From: Candidatus Anstonellales archaeon
GTDB taxonomy: Archaea; Micrarchaeota; Micrarchaeia; Anstonellales; J096
Direction: 5' to 3'
DNA length: 64,000 nucleotides
Assembly: GCA_038890615.1 (NCBI GenBank)
Contig: JAWAFI010000001.1
Location: forward strand, 227,836 to 291,835
Shown: piece by piece, positions 49,148-59,420 of the stretch
Position numbering within the stretch: the first letter of the stretch is position 1
Layout of the letters: every line of letters begins with the position of its first letter
Made by a program: the position numbers and the translations under genes
The notes under the pieces: model-generated
What the model saw: the letters and a program-made list of their open reading frames with translations, nothing else
Told to the model about the DNA's origin: nothing
Database searches by the model: none

Positions 49148-50203
49148 TTACTTTTTCTCAAAAAGGAGCAAGGTTTCCCTTGCTTTCTTCCTCTCCTTCC
49201 CAATGTGCACAACCCTTTCTGCATAAACTGCTTTCCTAAGCATAAGCCCGATGCTTTCGCTTGCCTCAACAATGCGCTTGTCTACTTCTATTACATTGCC
49301 AGCAATTACTGCGTTGCCCACCACGAGCGCGCATCTGCCCCCTCTTTTCAGAGAGGCCTCTATGCCATGCATCACCTTTTCCATATCACAAAAGTAATCA
49401 GAAACAGCATCAGTTCCTTCTGCCTTTAGGTATGAGCGTATCTTTGTAGAAGGCTCTGCACCAAGAAGGCCTGCCTCCAAGCTGTATACTCTTTGGTAGT
49501 CAATTGCATTTAAGTATGGTGGGGAGGTAAAAACCCAGTCAAACTCCTCTTGGAACCCAAGCATTCTTGCATCGCCCTCAACCACAGATGCCTTGCCTGT
49601 GCTTTTGCTTGCCCTTGCCTCTGCTATGAACCTTTTTGCCTTCCTCCTGAAAACATCCTTTGCAGGAAGGGCGCTCTTCCTTAAATCAGTGCGCAGGACC
49701 CCTCCGTCCTTCACAGCAAGGGAGCACTGCGAAACAGAGCTGAGAAGGGCAAGTAGAAGGATCTCTGCCCCGTCAAACCACTCTTTTGATATTTGCGCCC
49801 TTGCCCTAAGGAAGAAGCCCAAGTTCCTCTTTGGTATTGCTTTTTTTGGCTCCACTATTGCCTCCCATTTCCAGCAGAAGCCCATATCGCAGCAGCCAAC
49901 CCTTGGGATCAGCGCCTCTGCAGCAGAGAGCATATCGTCTGAATAGTTTTTTGTTTTTGCCTGGCCTATGAAAACAGCAAGCGGAAAGGCATCAATACCT
50001 AAAGCGGTTTGGCCATTGAGCTTGGCCCAAAGCGCTGTTGTTCCTGAGCCAGAGAATGGGTCTAATATTGAGCCTCTGGGCTTGAAAAGATCAAGCAGCT
50101 GAGGAGAAAAAGCCTCTTTGTAGTAGAACCAATTGTAGATAGGCAGCTTTTTTGCTCCTTCTGAAGTGAAAAGCTTAGCTATTTCCTTGTTCTTTTCCCA
50201 CAT
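49148..50203 (-). CDS. Solitary DNA amino-methyltransferase (SPPY, probably m4C)
   Basis: WFYYKEAFS, ILDPFSGSGTT (motif I), TSPPY (motif IV). Confidence 0.8.
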   Translation of the reverse strand: MWEKNKEIAKLFTSEGAKKLPIYNWFYYKEAFSPQLLDLFKPRGSILDPFSGSGTTALWAKLNGQTALGIDAFPLAVFIGQAKTKNYSDDMLSAAEALIPRVGCCDMGFCWKWEAIVEPKKAIPKRNLGFFLRARAQISKEWFDGAEILLLALLSSVSQCSLAVKDGGVLRTDLRKSALPAKDVFRRKAKRFIAEARASKSTGKASVVEGDARMLGFQEEFDWVFTSPPYLNAIDYQRVYSLEAGLLGAEPSTKIRSYLKAEGTDAVSDYFCDMEKVMHGIEASLKRGGRCALVVGNAVIAGNVIEVDKRIVEASESIGLMLRKAVYAERVVHIGKERKKARETLLLFEKK

Positions 50204-50576
50204 CCAAGGCCTCCTTTGCAAGCATATCAGCCCTCCTGTTGCGCTCCCTGCTTATCCACTCAAAGCGCACTTCAGCCCCTGCGCAAAGCGAGAGTGCTTC
50301 CAAGTAAAGCTTCTTCAGCCTTGCCTCCTTTACTTTGTACTCCCCTTTGAGCTGTCGCACAACAAGCTGGCTGTCAGCCCTTATTACAACCTCCTTCTCC
50401 TTTAAGGCCCTTGCCCTCTTCAAAGCTTCAATGACAGCCAAATATTCTGCTTCGTTGTTTGTTCGCCTTCCTACATTCTTAGATATCTCTTCTATGATAT
50501 TCCCGCCTTTCCACAAGGCAACCCCTATGCCTGCTTCCCTTCCGTCGCTTGCACCATCAGTGTAAGCATAGAGCAT
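50175..50576 (-). CDS. rnhA: Ribonuclease HI
   Basis: YTDGAS, TNNEAEY, DSQLVV, WISRERNRRAD. Confidence 0.92.
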   Translation of the reverse strand: MLYAYTDGASDGREAGIGVALWKGGNIIEEISKNVGRRTNNEAEYLAVIEALKRARALKEKEVVIRADSQLVVRQLKGEYKVKEARLKKLYLEALSLCAGAEVRFEWISRERNRRADMLAKEALDVGKEQGNS

Positions 50577-50615
50577 ATAGATATTGTTTAAAAACAAATG
50601 CTATAAACCTATCTT

Positions 50616-51107
50616 ATGGTAGTAGTAAACAAAAGTATCAGGAGGATAAGGATTGAGATATCTATAGTCGCAGTAATAGTTGCCTTCACTATAGTGCTGC
50701 TGAACAATTTTGTCAAATTGCCTTTCCCTATATTTGCTGGCTCATTGGGAGCTGTAGCAGTATTGTGGGTTGCAGGCTGGTTCATCTCTGATTGGTACGC
50801 AAAAACCTTCATATTAGAGCTAAGGGAAGACGATGTAAGGTATACTAAGGGGGTTATTGCAAGGAAGCAGATAACGATACCTCTTGAAAAGATAATAAAC
50901 CTAAGGGTTGATGAAAGGGGGCTGCTTGACAGGATTCTAGGGGAATGCACAATATCCATAGACAGCGCAGGCACAAGCGAAGTAGAGATAGTAATAACAG
51001 AGGTGCTCAGGGAAAAAGCTGAGGAGTTCAACCAAGAGCTAATGCTTAAGATGAAGAACATTGGAAAGGAGATGAAAAAGAAGGGAAAAAAGGTTGATGA
51101 GGCATAG
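50616..51107 (+). CDS. Membrane protein with a bacterial PH (bPH_2/YdbS-like) domain
   Basis: Two TMs; KGVIARKQITIPLEKI...GLLDRILG...SAG. Confidence 0.8.
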   Translation: MVVVNKSIRRIRIEISIVAVIVAFTIVLLNNFVKLPFPIFAGSLGAVAVLWVAGWFISDWYAKTFILELREDDVRYTKGVIARKQITIPLEKIINLRVDERGLLDRILGECTISIDSAGTSEVEIVITEVLREKAEEFNQELMLKMKNIGKEMKKKGKKVDEA

Positions 51108-51537
51108 GATTGAAGGAAATAAGGTAAAAAAGCTTGAGAGGTTAGGGGCAGGCATAAAAGAGGGGGAAGCTATTGTGCTCCATCCTGTTGAGGCATGCTA
51201 CTTTGCAAGAGAAATAGGCATAAGCAAGGAGGAAGCCCTTGAGGAGGTAAAAAGGCTTGGGCTGATTGATGTGCTTAGGGTCTACGAGGACTTAAGGGCA
51301 AAAGGCTATGTGCTCATGTTCCTTGGGGATGACATAAGGGTCCTTAGGAAAGGGTTCAGGAGAGGAGAGGACAGGTCATACGCAATAATCAGGGTTGTGA
51401 AGCCACAAGAAGAGACCTCATGGGAAGAGGTAAGCAAGTTTGTTGCATATGCAGCAGGGCTAAGGAAAAGCGCAGTGCTTGCTATTGTTGGGGATAAGAT
51501 TCATTATATAGGGCTTGGCACAATAAGGTTTGATTAA
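51094..51537 (+). CDS. tRNA splicing endonuclease subunit, probably the structural (non-catalytic) beta type
   Basis: LHPVEACY, VYEDLRAKGY, LRKSAVLAIV fold motifs; catalytic Tyr and His positions appear substituted. Confidence 0.7.
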   Translation: MMRHRIEGNKVKKLERLGAGIKEGEAIVLHPVEACYFAREIGISKEEALEEVKRLGLIDVLRVYEDLRAKGYVLMFLGDDIRVLRKGFRRGEDRSYAIIRVVKPQEETSWEEVSKFVAYAAGLRKSAVLAIVGDKIHYIGLGTIRFD

Positions 51538-51580
51538 AAATAACCGAAAAGAATTTTAAAGAAAGGGAAGAAATCATTCC

Positions 51581-52483
51581 ATGGCATCTAAAAGATTAGG
51601 CAAAGATGAGCAGAAAGAAAAGCATCTTGATGAAGACGAATTCCCACTTTCTGGCCTGTTGGAAGAAAGCCACTTAAATAAGGAGCAGTTGGCTGAAAAG
51701 ATAATAAGCATGATAAAGAATAAAGAGTTCAAAGAAGTGAAGCTCCTTTCCAGGAAGGTTGCTGAGATCTCACATATAGAAGGCACATCAGCTCAGGCTG
51801 CAAGGGTTTTCAGGGAGCTTCTCAACAACATGAGCAGCACAGAAACAAGGGTTTTTGCAGTGAATGGCCTTACACGGCTCATTGAGCTTGGCTCAAAGGA
51901 TGCGGTTAAGGCAATAGTAGACGCCCTTACTGACCCTATCCAAGGGACAAGGGAGGCAGCAGCGCTTTCTATCTCTAAGACATCTGCCCAGTGGTTCACC
52001 TTGGCTCCTGAATCAATGGTAATTCTTAGGGCTTCACTAAGCGACGAAAGCGTTTATGTAAAAGAGAAGATTGTGCTTGCACTTGCCAACTTAGGAGTAA
52101 ACGGGAACCTTGAAGCAATAGGCATTCTTGCTGAGGGCCTCATCAGCAAGGACGCAGAAGCAAGGATCCTTTCAGCTAGGGCAATGGCTTATATATCTTG
52201 CAATGTGCTTCTGCCCCAAAACGCAATAGAAGCCGTTTCCTCCCTCATAGATGACCCCATCTATGAAATAAGAAAGGAGGCACTAACAGCAATTGGTAAT
52301 GCTGCAGAAAGGGGGGCTGACATAAAAACCATCATTGCAAGCAAAATCAAGGAAATGGCAATTTCAGAAGGCAAAAATGACGAGCTTCAAAAGATTGCCC
52401 AGGAAGCCCACAGGAAAATCTGCGCTTCTCTTGCCAACAAGGATGAAAGGGAGTTGGCCAAATATATTGCAGATACAGATTAG
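51581..52483 (+). CDS. HEAT-repeat protein
   Basis: Repeats such as LTDPIQGTREAAA, LSDESVYVKEKIV, IDDPIYEIRKEAL. Confidence 0.8.
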   Translation: MASKRLGKDEQKEKHLDEDEFPLSGLLEESHLNKEQLAEKIISMIKNKEFKEVKLLSRKVAEISHIEGTSAQAARVFRELLNNMSSTETRVFAVNGLTRLIELGSKDAVKAIVDALTDPIQGTREAAALSISKTSAQWFTLAPESMVILRASLSDESVYVKEKIVLALANLGVNGNLEAIGILAEGLISKDAEARILSARAMAYISCNVLLPQNAIEAVSSLIDDPIYEIRKEALTAIGNAAERGADIKTIIASKIKEMAISEGKNDELQKIAQEAHRKICASLANKDERELAKYIADTD

Positions 52484-53172
52484 AGCTTGTCAAGCATCTG
52501 CTTTATTTGGGAAAGGTCCTCATTAGTCACAACTATTGGGACATTGTCTTTCTCAGCGAGCTTTATTGCTAGCTTGTCTACCTCTTCTGCTTTAATGCCA
52601 TGGAGCACCACTAATGATGGCTTTGTCATGCTTACGCGAACTACGACCATGGGGCTCCTGCCTGTTGAAACAGAGGTGAATATCAGCGCCCTTTCTGGGA
52701 TGATCCCATAAAGGGATGGGAGCTTGGAAGGAGGTATCTCCATTATTGTGCGTATGCTGTTTATCAAAGTGTAGCCATATATCCTCCTCTGCTCAGCTAT
52801 CTCTTTCCCTGAAACGAAAGAGCCTTTTATCATCTCAACAAAAGAGACCACATCTATGGGCTTTGCAAATTCGTGTGGCTCGAAGTAATCGGTGGGCTCA
52901 TCTGTGTCAAGAAGCTTGTTTAGCGTTTCCCCTCCTTTTATCTTGTCAATTGCGAAAAGGGTCTCAACAAACCTCTTTATCACTTTTGTGCCAGGGCTTT
53001 TCCGCCTTCCGCTCTCGTAGTCGCTTATTGTAGAGACAGAGATCTTGAGCTGCTTTGCAAGGTCCAGCTGGGTTATGTTGAATATCTCCCTCCATTTTTT
53101 CATAGTTGCTCCTGGCTCGTTTGAAAGAGCAATCTCGCCTGCAATGCTAAGCTTAAGCCTCTCAACGCTCAT
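52480..53172 (-). CDS. XRE HTH transcriptional regulator with a DRTGG-like domain (conserved archaeal family)
   Basis: IAGEIALS, STISDYESGRRKSPG, VSTGRSPMV. Confidence 0.88.
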   Translation of the reverse strand: MSVERLKLSIAGEIALSNEPGATMKKWREIFNITQLDLAKQLKISVSTISDYESGRRKSPGTKVIKRFVETLFAIDKIKGGETLNKLLDTDEPTDYFEPHEFAKPIDVVSFVEMIKGSFVSGKEIAEQRRIYGYTLINSIRTIMEIPPSKLPSLYGIIPERALIFTSVSTGRSPMVVVRVSMTKPSLVVLHGIKAEEVDKLAIKLAEKDNVPIVVTNEDLSQIKQMLDKL

Positions 53173-54463
53173 AATCCCTTATCACCGCTGTATTGTTATT
53201 AATCTTTTCTGTGCGGAAGGAGAAAACCTCATTGTCAGCCATTAGTTTTAGGCGGTTGCCATCATAATAAGCAACTATCTTGAAGTCTGCCTTGCTTGCT
53301 TCAGGAACAAGTGCTGCTGTTTTCTCTGATTCAAAGATGAAGCCGCACCCTTCCTCGAGCGATGCAAGACCTGGAAGGAGGGAAATGAACTGGTAGTGGG
53401 GCTTCCTGTCAACCATAAAGAACTGGGGCCTTGACTTGCTAAGGTAGGGTCTTAGGGTGTTTTCAAGCCCCCCTGAAAGGCGGACATAAACAGAGGAAAT
53501 GTCAAGCGCTTTCATCGCCCCGTCCTTTATCTGCTTGACCCCTCCATTAAGGGTTAGGTATGAGCACCACTTCCGCACAAGGCCTGCTGCCTTCCTCAAC
53601 TCAATTGCCTTTTCCCGCCCCTCAAGAACTTTTAGCTTAGTGAGCTGGTAAAGAGGGTTTGTTGAATAGAAGGGGGAAAGGAAGGTCTTTGAGAAATCTG
53701 CCTTGAACATTGTTGCCCTGTTCTTGAACTCTGCTTCTGAGAGTATAAAAGCAAGGAAATCGTTTGCGCTCCACCCTGCCTTTTTGCCATAAGCCTCTGC
53801 AAGCGAGATTACATCAACTGCATAGGATGAGCTTGCTGAAACCTCCTGCTCCCTCTCTTCCATTATCTTGCCTTCCTCCCATGGCTCGTCAAACACTGCA
53901 AGGAAAGAGGTATTTATTATCGTAGGGTAGTAGGGTGTGGAAAAGCCGGCAATGAAATTCTTCGCCTCTGGATATATCAGAGAAAGATAGTTTTCAGGAG
54001 GCAACTCCTCAGAGTAGAGGAACCTCCAGCCCTTTTCCATAATGTACCATTCTACCTTGAATGATCCCTTATCCATGCTTGCAAAAGCAATGCTTGAGGC
54101 AGGTATTTCGCTGAACTGCTCGGCTTCACTTGGGCTTACTGGTTGATTTAGCGGCTTTGAGGCAGTGCCGCCATGCCTATCCACCTTATCTATGCTTACC
54201 TTTTGCTTTGAAGGCAGATAATAGAATGCCTTTCCTGCCTTGTATGTGCCCCTTGTCTTTTCAATGATATCCTCAAGCACCATTCGGGCCAAAAAGAACT
54301 CATCAGTGCCTCCTATTATGCTTTCAAGGCATGACTGCTTTTCAGGGGCCTCTATCGATGCAACCAGCTCTTCTATCTTCAGGCCTCTCTCAAGCGCCTC
54401 TGCCCTTGCGTTAGTGCCAAAGACAGCATTTATCTGCTCTATTGCAGCGCTCGCCCTCATCAT
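53162..54463 (-). CDS. Hypothetical protein
   Basis: 433-aa ORF overlapping both neighbours in the operon. Confidence 0.6.
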   Translation of the reverse strand: MMRASAAIEQINAVFGTNARAEALERGLKIEELVASIEAPEKQSCLESIIGGTDEFFLARMVLEDIIEKTRGTYKAGKAFYYLPSKQKVSIDKVDRHGGTASKPLNQPVSPSEAEQFSEIPASSIAFASMDKGSFKVEWYIMEKGWRFLYSEELPPENYLSLIYPEAKNFIAGFSTPYYPTIINTSFLAVFDEPWEEGKIMEEREQEVSASSSYAVDVISLAEAYGKKAGWSANDFLAFILSEAEFKNRATMFKADFSKTFLSPFYSTNPLYQLTKLKVLEGREKAIELRKAAGLVRKWCSYLTLNGGVKQIKDGAMKALDISSVYVRLSGGLENTLRPYLSKSRPQFFMVDRKPHYQFISLLPGLASLEEGCGFIFESEKTAALVPEASKADFKIVAYYDGNRLKLMADNEVFSFRTEKINNNTAVIRDYER

Positions 54464-55221
54464 TTCCCACCTATCCTGCTAAGAAGCGCTGCCCCTAGCA
54501 AGAGCGAAGAAAATCCCCGTAGGTCGCTTATGAAAGAGAAGAAAGACGGCGCCTGCCTCTTGAAAATATCCAAAAGGAGGAAAAGAGAGACCTTTTTCTC
54601 CATAAGCTTCTTTAGCACCTTCTCAACCATCTGTGCATTCTTTTTTGTCCACCCTCCATTTCTTATTATTGTTGGAGCAGTAAAGCGAAGGAAAGCAGAG
54701 CGCACTATGTATGGCTGTGCCCTAAGTTCCTTTACTATCCCTTCAAAGCCATCTATTGACTCAAGCGACATGAGCTGCTTGTCTATCTCTGCCTTGTTTA
54801 TTGTTGAAGCCTCCCTTATGAATTGCTCAACTGCTGCTTCCCTCTTGTATCCTGCCTTTGAAAGTATCTCCTGCGCTATTGCTTTGTTCCTTACTATTGT
54901 CTTCACCGGCTCCTTGACCTCTTTCCATTTTATTGAAGTAGGCAGCTCTCCCTCTGCCTCTTTTGGGTCATTCTTGGAAAGCGCTTTCTCTACCCTCTCA
55001 ATGTCCTCCTTCGATTGCTGCCTATCTATGAATGAGAGGAGAGAAACAAGGGAGGAGTTTGTATCGTGGTACTTGCGCAGCTCTTCAAGCCTTTTCTGCA
55101 CCTCCTTGTCCTTCTCTGATTTCTCAAGAAGGATTATCTGTTGCCTAATCTCCTCTGCGTCAAGTATGTTGAAAGCTTGGAAAGCTGCTTCCTTTTTCTT
55201 AACGACGCTTTCTTGAGCCAT
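54460..55221 (-). CDS. Hypothetical helical protein
   Basis: 253-aa ORF in an operon with GGGP synthase. Confidence 0.6.
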   Translation of the reverse strand: MAQESVVKKKEAAFQAFNILDAEEIRQQIILLEKSEKDKEVQKRLEELRKYHDTNSSLVSLLSFIDRQQSKEDIERVEKALSKNDPKEAEGELPTSIKWKEVKEPVKTIVRNKAIAQEILSKAGYKREAAVEQFIREASTINKAEIDKQLMSLESIDGFEGIVKELRAQPYIVRSAFLRFTAPTIIRNGGWTKKNAQMVEKVLKKLMEKKVSLFLLLDIFKRQAPSFFSFISDLRGFSSLLLGAALLSRIGGK

Positions 55222-55966
55222 CCCTTACTGCCCCCACCATTAGCTTGAGCATCTTCTCTGCATTGCCTTTCTCAAAGGCAGTGCCTACTTGTATTCCGCT
55301 TGCACCTGCGCTTATTATGCCCTTTGCTTGCTCAGGAGACCTTATGCCTCCTGCGACTATGTAGGGAATGTCTATAACTGAAGAAACTGCCTTTACCATT
55401 TCAACAGGCACGGGCTCAGGGGAAGCGCTTCCAGCATCAGTTATGAATATGCCGAAGCCGGAGTATTGCGCAGAAAGCCCATACATGGCAGCTATCTGGG
55501 GCTTGTTCCTTGGTATTGCCTGCGCTTGACCTATGTAGCCCACAGTGCCTCCTGGCTCAACAACCACATAGGCTGTTGGAATAGGCTCTATCCCAAGCTG
55601 CCTCACAACAGGGGCCCCTTGGAGCTGGGCCCTGCTTATCCAATAAGGGTTGATGGAGTTCAGCATTGACATAAAATAGACGGCATCAGCATACTTTGTC
55701 AGAGTGCCTATGTTGCCTGGGAACAATATAACAGGAAGGGAAACACTCTCTTTTACTGCCTTGGTTATTTCATCAAGCATAGTGCCCTGCACTCCAATGC
55801 TTCCGCCTATTAGAAGCGCATCAGCCCCTGCCTTCTCTGCTGTTCTTGCAGTGCTTATGAGGTGGGCTGAGCTTGGGTGGTCAAGAGGGTCAAGCACCAC
55901 AAAAAGCATCCCCTTGCCATTCTCTGCCATTTCCTCTATGTACTTAAGGACTTTGAGCTTCTTCAT
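55199..55966 (-). CDS. Geranylgeranylglyceryl phosphate synthase (group II)
   Basis: LDP, IGGS, PVILFPG, SMLNS, YVVVEPG, DAGS, GGIRS. Confidence 0.92.
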   Translation of the reverse strand: MKKLKVLKYIEEMAENGKGMLFVVLDPLDHPSSAHLISTARTAEKAGADALLIGGSIGVQGTMLDEITKAVKESVSLPVILFPGNIGTLTKYADAVYFMSMLNSINPYWISRAQLQGAPVVRQLGIEPIPTAYVVVEPGGTVGYIGQAQAIPRNKPQIAAMYGLSAQYSGFGIFITDAGSASPEPVPVEMVKAVSSVIDIPYIVAGGIRSPEQAKGIISAGASGIQVGTAFEKGNAEKMLKLMVGAVRDGSRKRR

Positions 55967-56040
55967 GCCTCTATAATGTTAGGAGCATTTTAAACCCTTT
56001 ACCCCTTGGCTTTTTGCCTAAATTGGCGCCATGGTTTTGA

Positions 56041-58875
56041 TTATTTGGCTGGTTTTTTTGGCTTGTCTTTTTCTTCTGGCTTTTCAGTTTTCTTCTTTTC
56101 CTTTTCAAAGGTATCAGAAGCTTTTTCAGGAGGAACTGCAAATTCTCCTTCTTCTTCATAAGTGCCCTTGGAAAACCTCCCTCCTCCTGTATCCACCTTT
56201 ATCTTTATAATCCCTCTTAATCTTTTTGTCCCTCTGCCCTCTTCTGTAGGCAGTGTCGTTATGGCTTCATCCGCCATTCTTAAAATCCTCTCTGCTTTCT
56301 CAACTGCTTCCTTTATTATTTCAGGCCACTGGCTGCCTTTCTCTGGATTGTCAAGCTCTTTGCGCCAACTACTTATCACTTCCTTTGCCTTGTTGACTTC
56401 TTTTTCACTGAGCTGAGATGCCGTCTCTGCAAGCGTCTCTATTGCAAAAGCCCTAGTCATAGGCACGTATGGGGTATCCTTGTTCATTACCTCCCAGCCT
56501 ATGTCTACGATAGTATTGAAGGTATCTGGCATTGTTGAAGCAACGAACATTGCCATCCTCCTGCAATTAGGAGATGTATTGACTGAAGTAAAAAGGTTGA
56601 AAAGGTCTATTTTGAAAATTTCTAGATCTTCTTTTTCTTGCCCAATGAGGACTTTCTCAAGCCAAGCCATTTTCTTTGTGTTATTGTCAATGCCAAGCGT
56701 TTTGCCCTTAAGGCCGCTTGGAAGCTCAAAATCCATTATCTCTCTCAATTCTTTGATAAGCCTTTCCTTTTCTTCATTGTTCCCTCCTTGTTCTTTTATG
56801 GCTTCCCATCTCTTGTGGATAAGCAAAATCTTCTCTACTGCAATCTCGTTAATAAGTGAAGGGAATGAGCTCATAAAGTCGCTAGCCTTTTCCTTTACTT
56901 TTTCGCTGTAGTGCTTGTATCTTTCCCCGTAAGCATTAGGTAATATTGCATTTTCCAGCTTCAAGTATAGGATAGGCAGGCCTAGCCAATTTCCGTCCTT
57001 CCTAAGCAGCCTTATGTAGTTGTCTATTGCCTTTGAAAGAGAAGCAACGCAATAGTCCTTTATTGCAATAATATCATTTTCGCTAAGCTCTTTGGCAGAT
57101 GATTTTATGTCAGCTTTTAGCTCATCAATAAGCCTAGCATAAAACCCCCCTTTTGCGTAGAGGTCAATTGAAAAGAACTTGGCTTCCTTAAGCAGATCTA
57201 CTTTGCCTTCTGCTGCTTTCAGTATCTTGCTAGCAACAACCATTATCCTTTCTTCTATGCTTTGGCCCTCTGTAGCTGGGAGAATTTCAATTGCCTGAGC
57301 CAAAAAATAAACCCAGTTCTTGAATGTTTCTTTGATTATTCCCTTGCTTTCAGGCGTTATGCCAAGATCAAGCCAAGAGCTTAAATCAACAAGCTTCTCC
57401 TCAATGTTTTTTGAATCATCATCATTGAGCCTTCTTATTGCCACGGTGGTTGCATATGCCCTCATGTCCAACGGCTTGGATGAATCAACAGCATACTTTA
57501 ATGCTTCCTGCAATCCCATATTCATTAACGAAAGCTTTTTTTCTACTTTATTTATCTCATTCCTGCAAACCTCAACAGAATCCATATATTGCTGCGAATA
57601 TCTTGAGGAAGTCTCCAAGTACTTTGTTGCATCAACCGCTTTAGAAAAAAGATCCTGCGCTGTCTTTCCTGAGCTTGAAAACATAGGTATGACCTTCACA
57701 AACTTCTCAAATAAGTCAATAACAATTGATTCCTTGAGCTTTTGGTAAGAATCTCCTGCCTTCACTCCTTTTGACATTATGCTGAACATTTCCCTAAGCG
57801 CCTCTTCTCTCTTCTTTTTGTCTGAGTGGCTTGATGCTGCTTCGTACAGGATTTTGTTTGCCTCCTTGCCAAACTTATCCTTGAGGTTATCTGGAATCTC
57901 TTTTGCTATGGACCACAAGTACAGCGACTTGAAATCCTTTGAGCGGCTCAGCGTTTCAATCAGCTCTTCAATCAAAAGCCTTCTCTTTTCCCTTGCAACA
58001 TCCTTTATCTTTTTGATTGTGTCTACCATCTCTCTATGGACACTAGCATCAAAGTCGTAGGTAGGCTCAGAAAGCATGTCAGTGAGCGCAGCGATGCTCT
58101 GCCTTAGGTAATCGTTGTTGCCTAAGTTCAATGAGCTGAGCCCCATTGAGAAGTATATATCTGCTGCCCTATTTGCTGCCTTCACCCTAGGCTTAAATGG
58201 GAGGTCTTCCCTCCTTGCTATTGCCTCAAGCTCTGAAGCCAGGACGATTACTTCTGGGGAATGTGGGGATACATCAAAAGAAAGGGATGAGTATTCCAAG
58301 GATTTTATCTCTATTGCTGTGTTGACTGCATCTTCCAGCTTGGAATCAGCATAATCGCTTACTTTCCTGAACACCTCTTCGTTGTAATAGGTAGCGAGTT
58401 CTTCTGCAAGCTTCTTAGGGTATCTCTTAACGCTTTCAAAATCCCCCTGCTTCACCATCATGTCAATCCTCTGCATGGACAGCTCTGTTATGAAAGAGAA
58501 TGCCATCTCCTTGAGCTTCTTGTCCTTGCTCTTCTTTGCAAGCTCAAGCAAGGATAGTATTGATGTTATCTCCCCTTTTTCAGCCAGGGTGTTGAAGTAG
58601 TTGGTGTATGTCTCCTTTGTCCTTTCCTTTATTCTGTTCATGTCGTAGCCGCTGCTATTTATTATTTGGTCTTCAAGCAATGCCTTTAGACCTTCTGGAG
58701 AGCCTGCTCTTGCACAAAGGTCTGCTGCTTCATCTATTGCCTTTTCAAAAAGCGCTTCAAGCTCTTTCTCCAGCCCTATTGCATGGGGGCTCTTGAGGAG
58801 TATGTATATCCCAATGTAGTTACCTGATTTTGCCTCTGCCTCAGCTTCCTCAATTATTTTGCTAGTGGCGTCCAT
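56041..58875 (-). CDS. Very large orphan alpha-helical (solenoid-like) protein
   Basis: About 944 aa, highly charged and helical; acidic/basic C-terminal tail. Confidence 0.65.
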   Translation of the reverse strand: MDATSKIIEEAEAEAKSGNYIGIYILLKSPHAIGLEKELEALFEKAIDEAADLCARAGSPEGLKALLEDQIINSSGYDMNRIKERTKETYTNYFNTLAEKGEITSILSLLELAKKSKDKKLKEMAFSFITELSMQRIDMMVKQGDFESVKRYPKKLAEELATYYNEEVFRKVSDYADSKLEDAVNTAIEIKSLEYSSLSFDVSPHSPEVIVLASELEAIARREDLPFKPRVKAANRAADIYFSMGLSSLNLGNNDYLRQSIAALTDMLSEPTYDFDASVHREMVDTIKKIKDVAREKRRLLIEELIETLSRSKDFKSLYLWSIAKEIPDNLKDKFGKEANKILYEAASSHSDKKKREEALREMFSIMSKGVKAGDSYQKLKESIVIDLFEKFVKVIPMFSSSGKTAQDLFSKAVDATKYLETSSRYSQQYMDSVEVCRNEINKVEKKLSLMNMGLQEALKYAVDSSKPLDMRAYATTVAIRRLNDDDSKNIEEKLVDLSSWLDLGITPESKGIIKETFKNWVYFLAQAIEILPATEGQSIEERIMVVASKILKAAEGKVDLLKEAKFFSIDLYAKGGFYARLIDELKADIKSSAKELSENDIIAIKDYCVASLSKAIDNYIRLLRKDGNWLGLPILYLKLENAILPNAYGERYKHYSEKVKEKASDFMSSFPSLINEIAVEKILLIHKRWEAIKEQGGNNEEKERLIKELREIMDFELPSGLKGKTLGIDNNTKKMAWLEKVLIGQEKEDLEIFKIDLFNLFTSVNTSPNCRRMAMFVASTMPDTFNTIVDIGWEVMNKDTPYVPMTRAFAIETLAETASQLSEKEVNKAKEVISSWRKELDNPEKGSQWPEIIKEAVEKAERILRMADEAITTLPTEEGRGTKRLRGIIKIKVDTGGGRFSKGTYEEEGEFAVPPEKASDTFEKEKKKTEKPEEKDKPKKPAK

Positions 58876-58961
58876 AATATTATGGCATTGCTGTTTTTTT
58901 AAAAGCTTTGCGAGCAAGGCAAAAAGCAAAGTGTTTTAAAAAGGAAAAATGATAATTATGC

Positions 58962-59420
58962 ATGAGAAAGAACAAGACGCCTGATATTTTCATGCCTAAG
59001 AATAAGAAAGTCAAGAATGAGGTGCTTGAAGAAGATATTTATGAATGGAGGCTTAGCGTAAAGGAGCTGTCCGGGCCTCTCAAGAATTTTTTTAGCAAAG
59101 GGAGAATGGACCTAGATCTTCTTGTATCTTGCTTAAAGAATACAGACATGGCAATAAGGGTTGATGCCCTGTGGCTAACTAAGAGGCTTATTGATAAGAA
59201 AAAGATAGAGGACCCTCTTCAATTTGCCAAAATGCTCAGAGACATGGAAGTGCCAAAAAACTGCCTAGAGCCTTTTCAGGCAGCGCTGTACATATACGGG
59301 AAGGTAGGGGGGAAAGAACACCTAAAGATCATAGAAGAGGCCCTTCAACACAAGAATTATTTCATAAGAATGGAAGCAAAGAGGGCCATAAGCATGATGA
59401 AAAGGAGGAAGATCATCTAA
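58962..59420 (+). CDS. HEAT-repeat protein
   Basis: LKNTDMAIRVDAL, ALQHKNYFIRMEAKRAI. Confidence 0.65.
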   Translation: MRKNKTPDIFMPKNKKVKNEVLEEDIYEWRLSVKELSGPLKNFFSKGRMDLDLLVSCLKNTDMAIRVDALWLTKRLIDKKKIEDPLQFAKMLRDMEVPKNCLEPFQAALYIYGKVGGKEHLKIIEEALQHKNYFIRMEAKRAISMMKRRKII

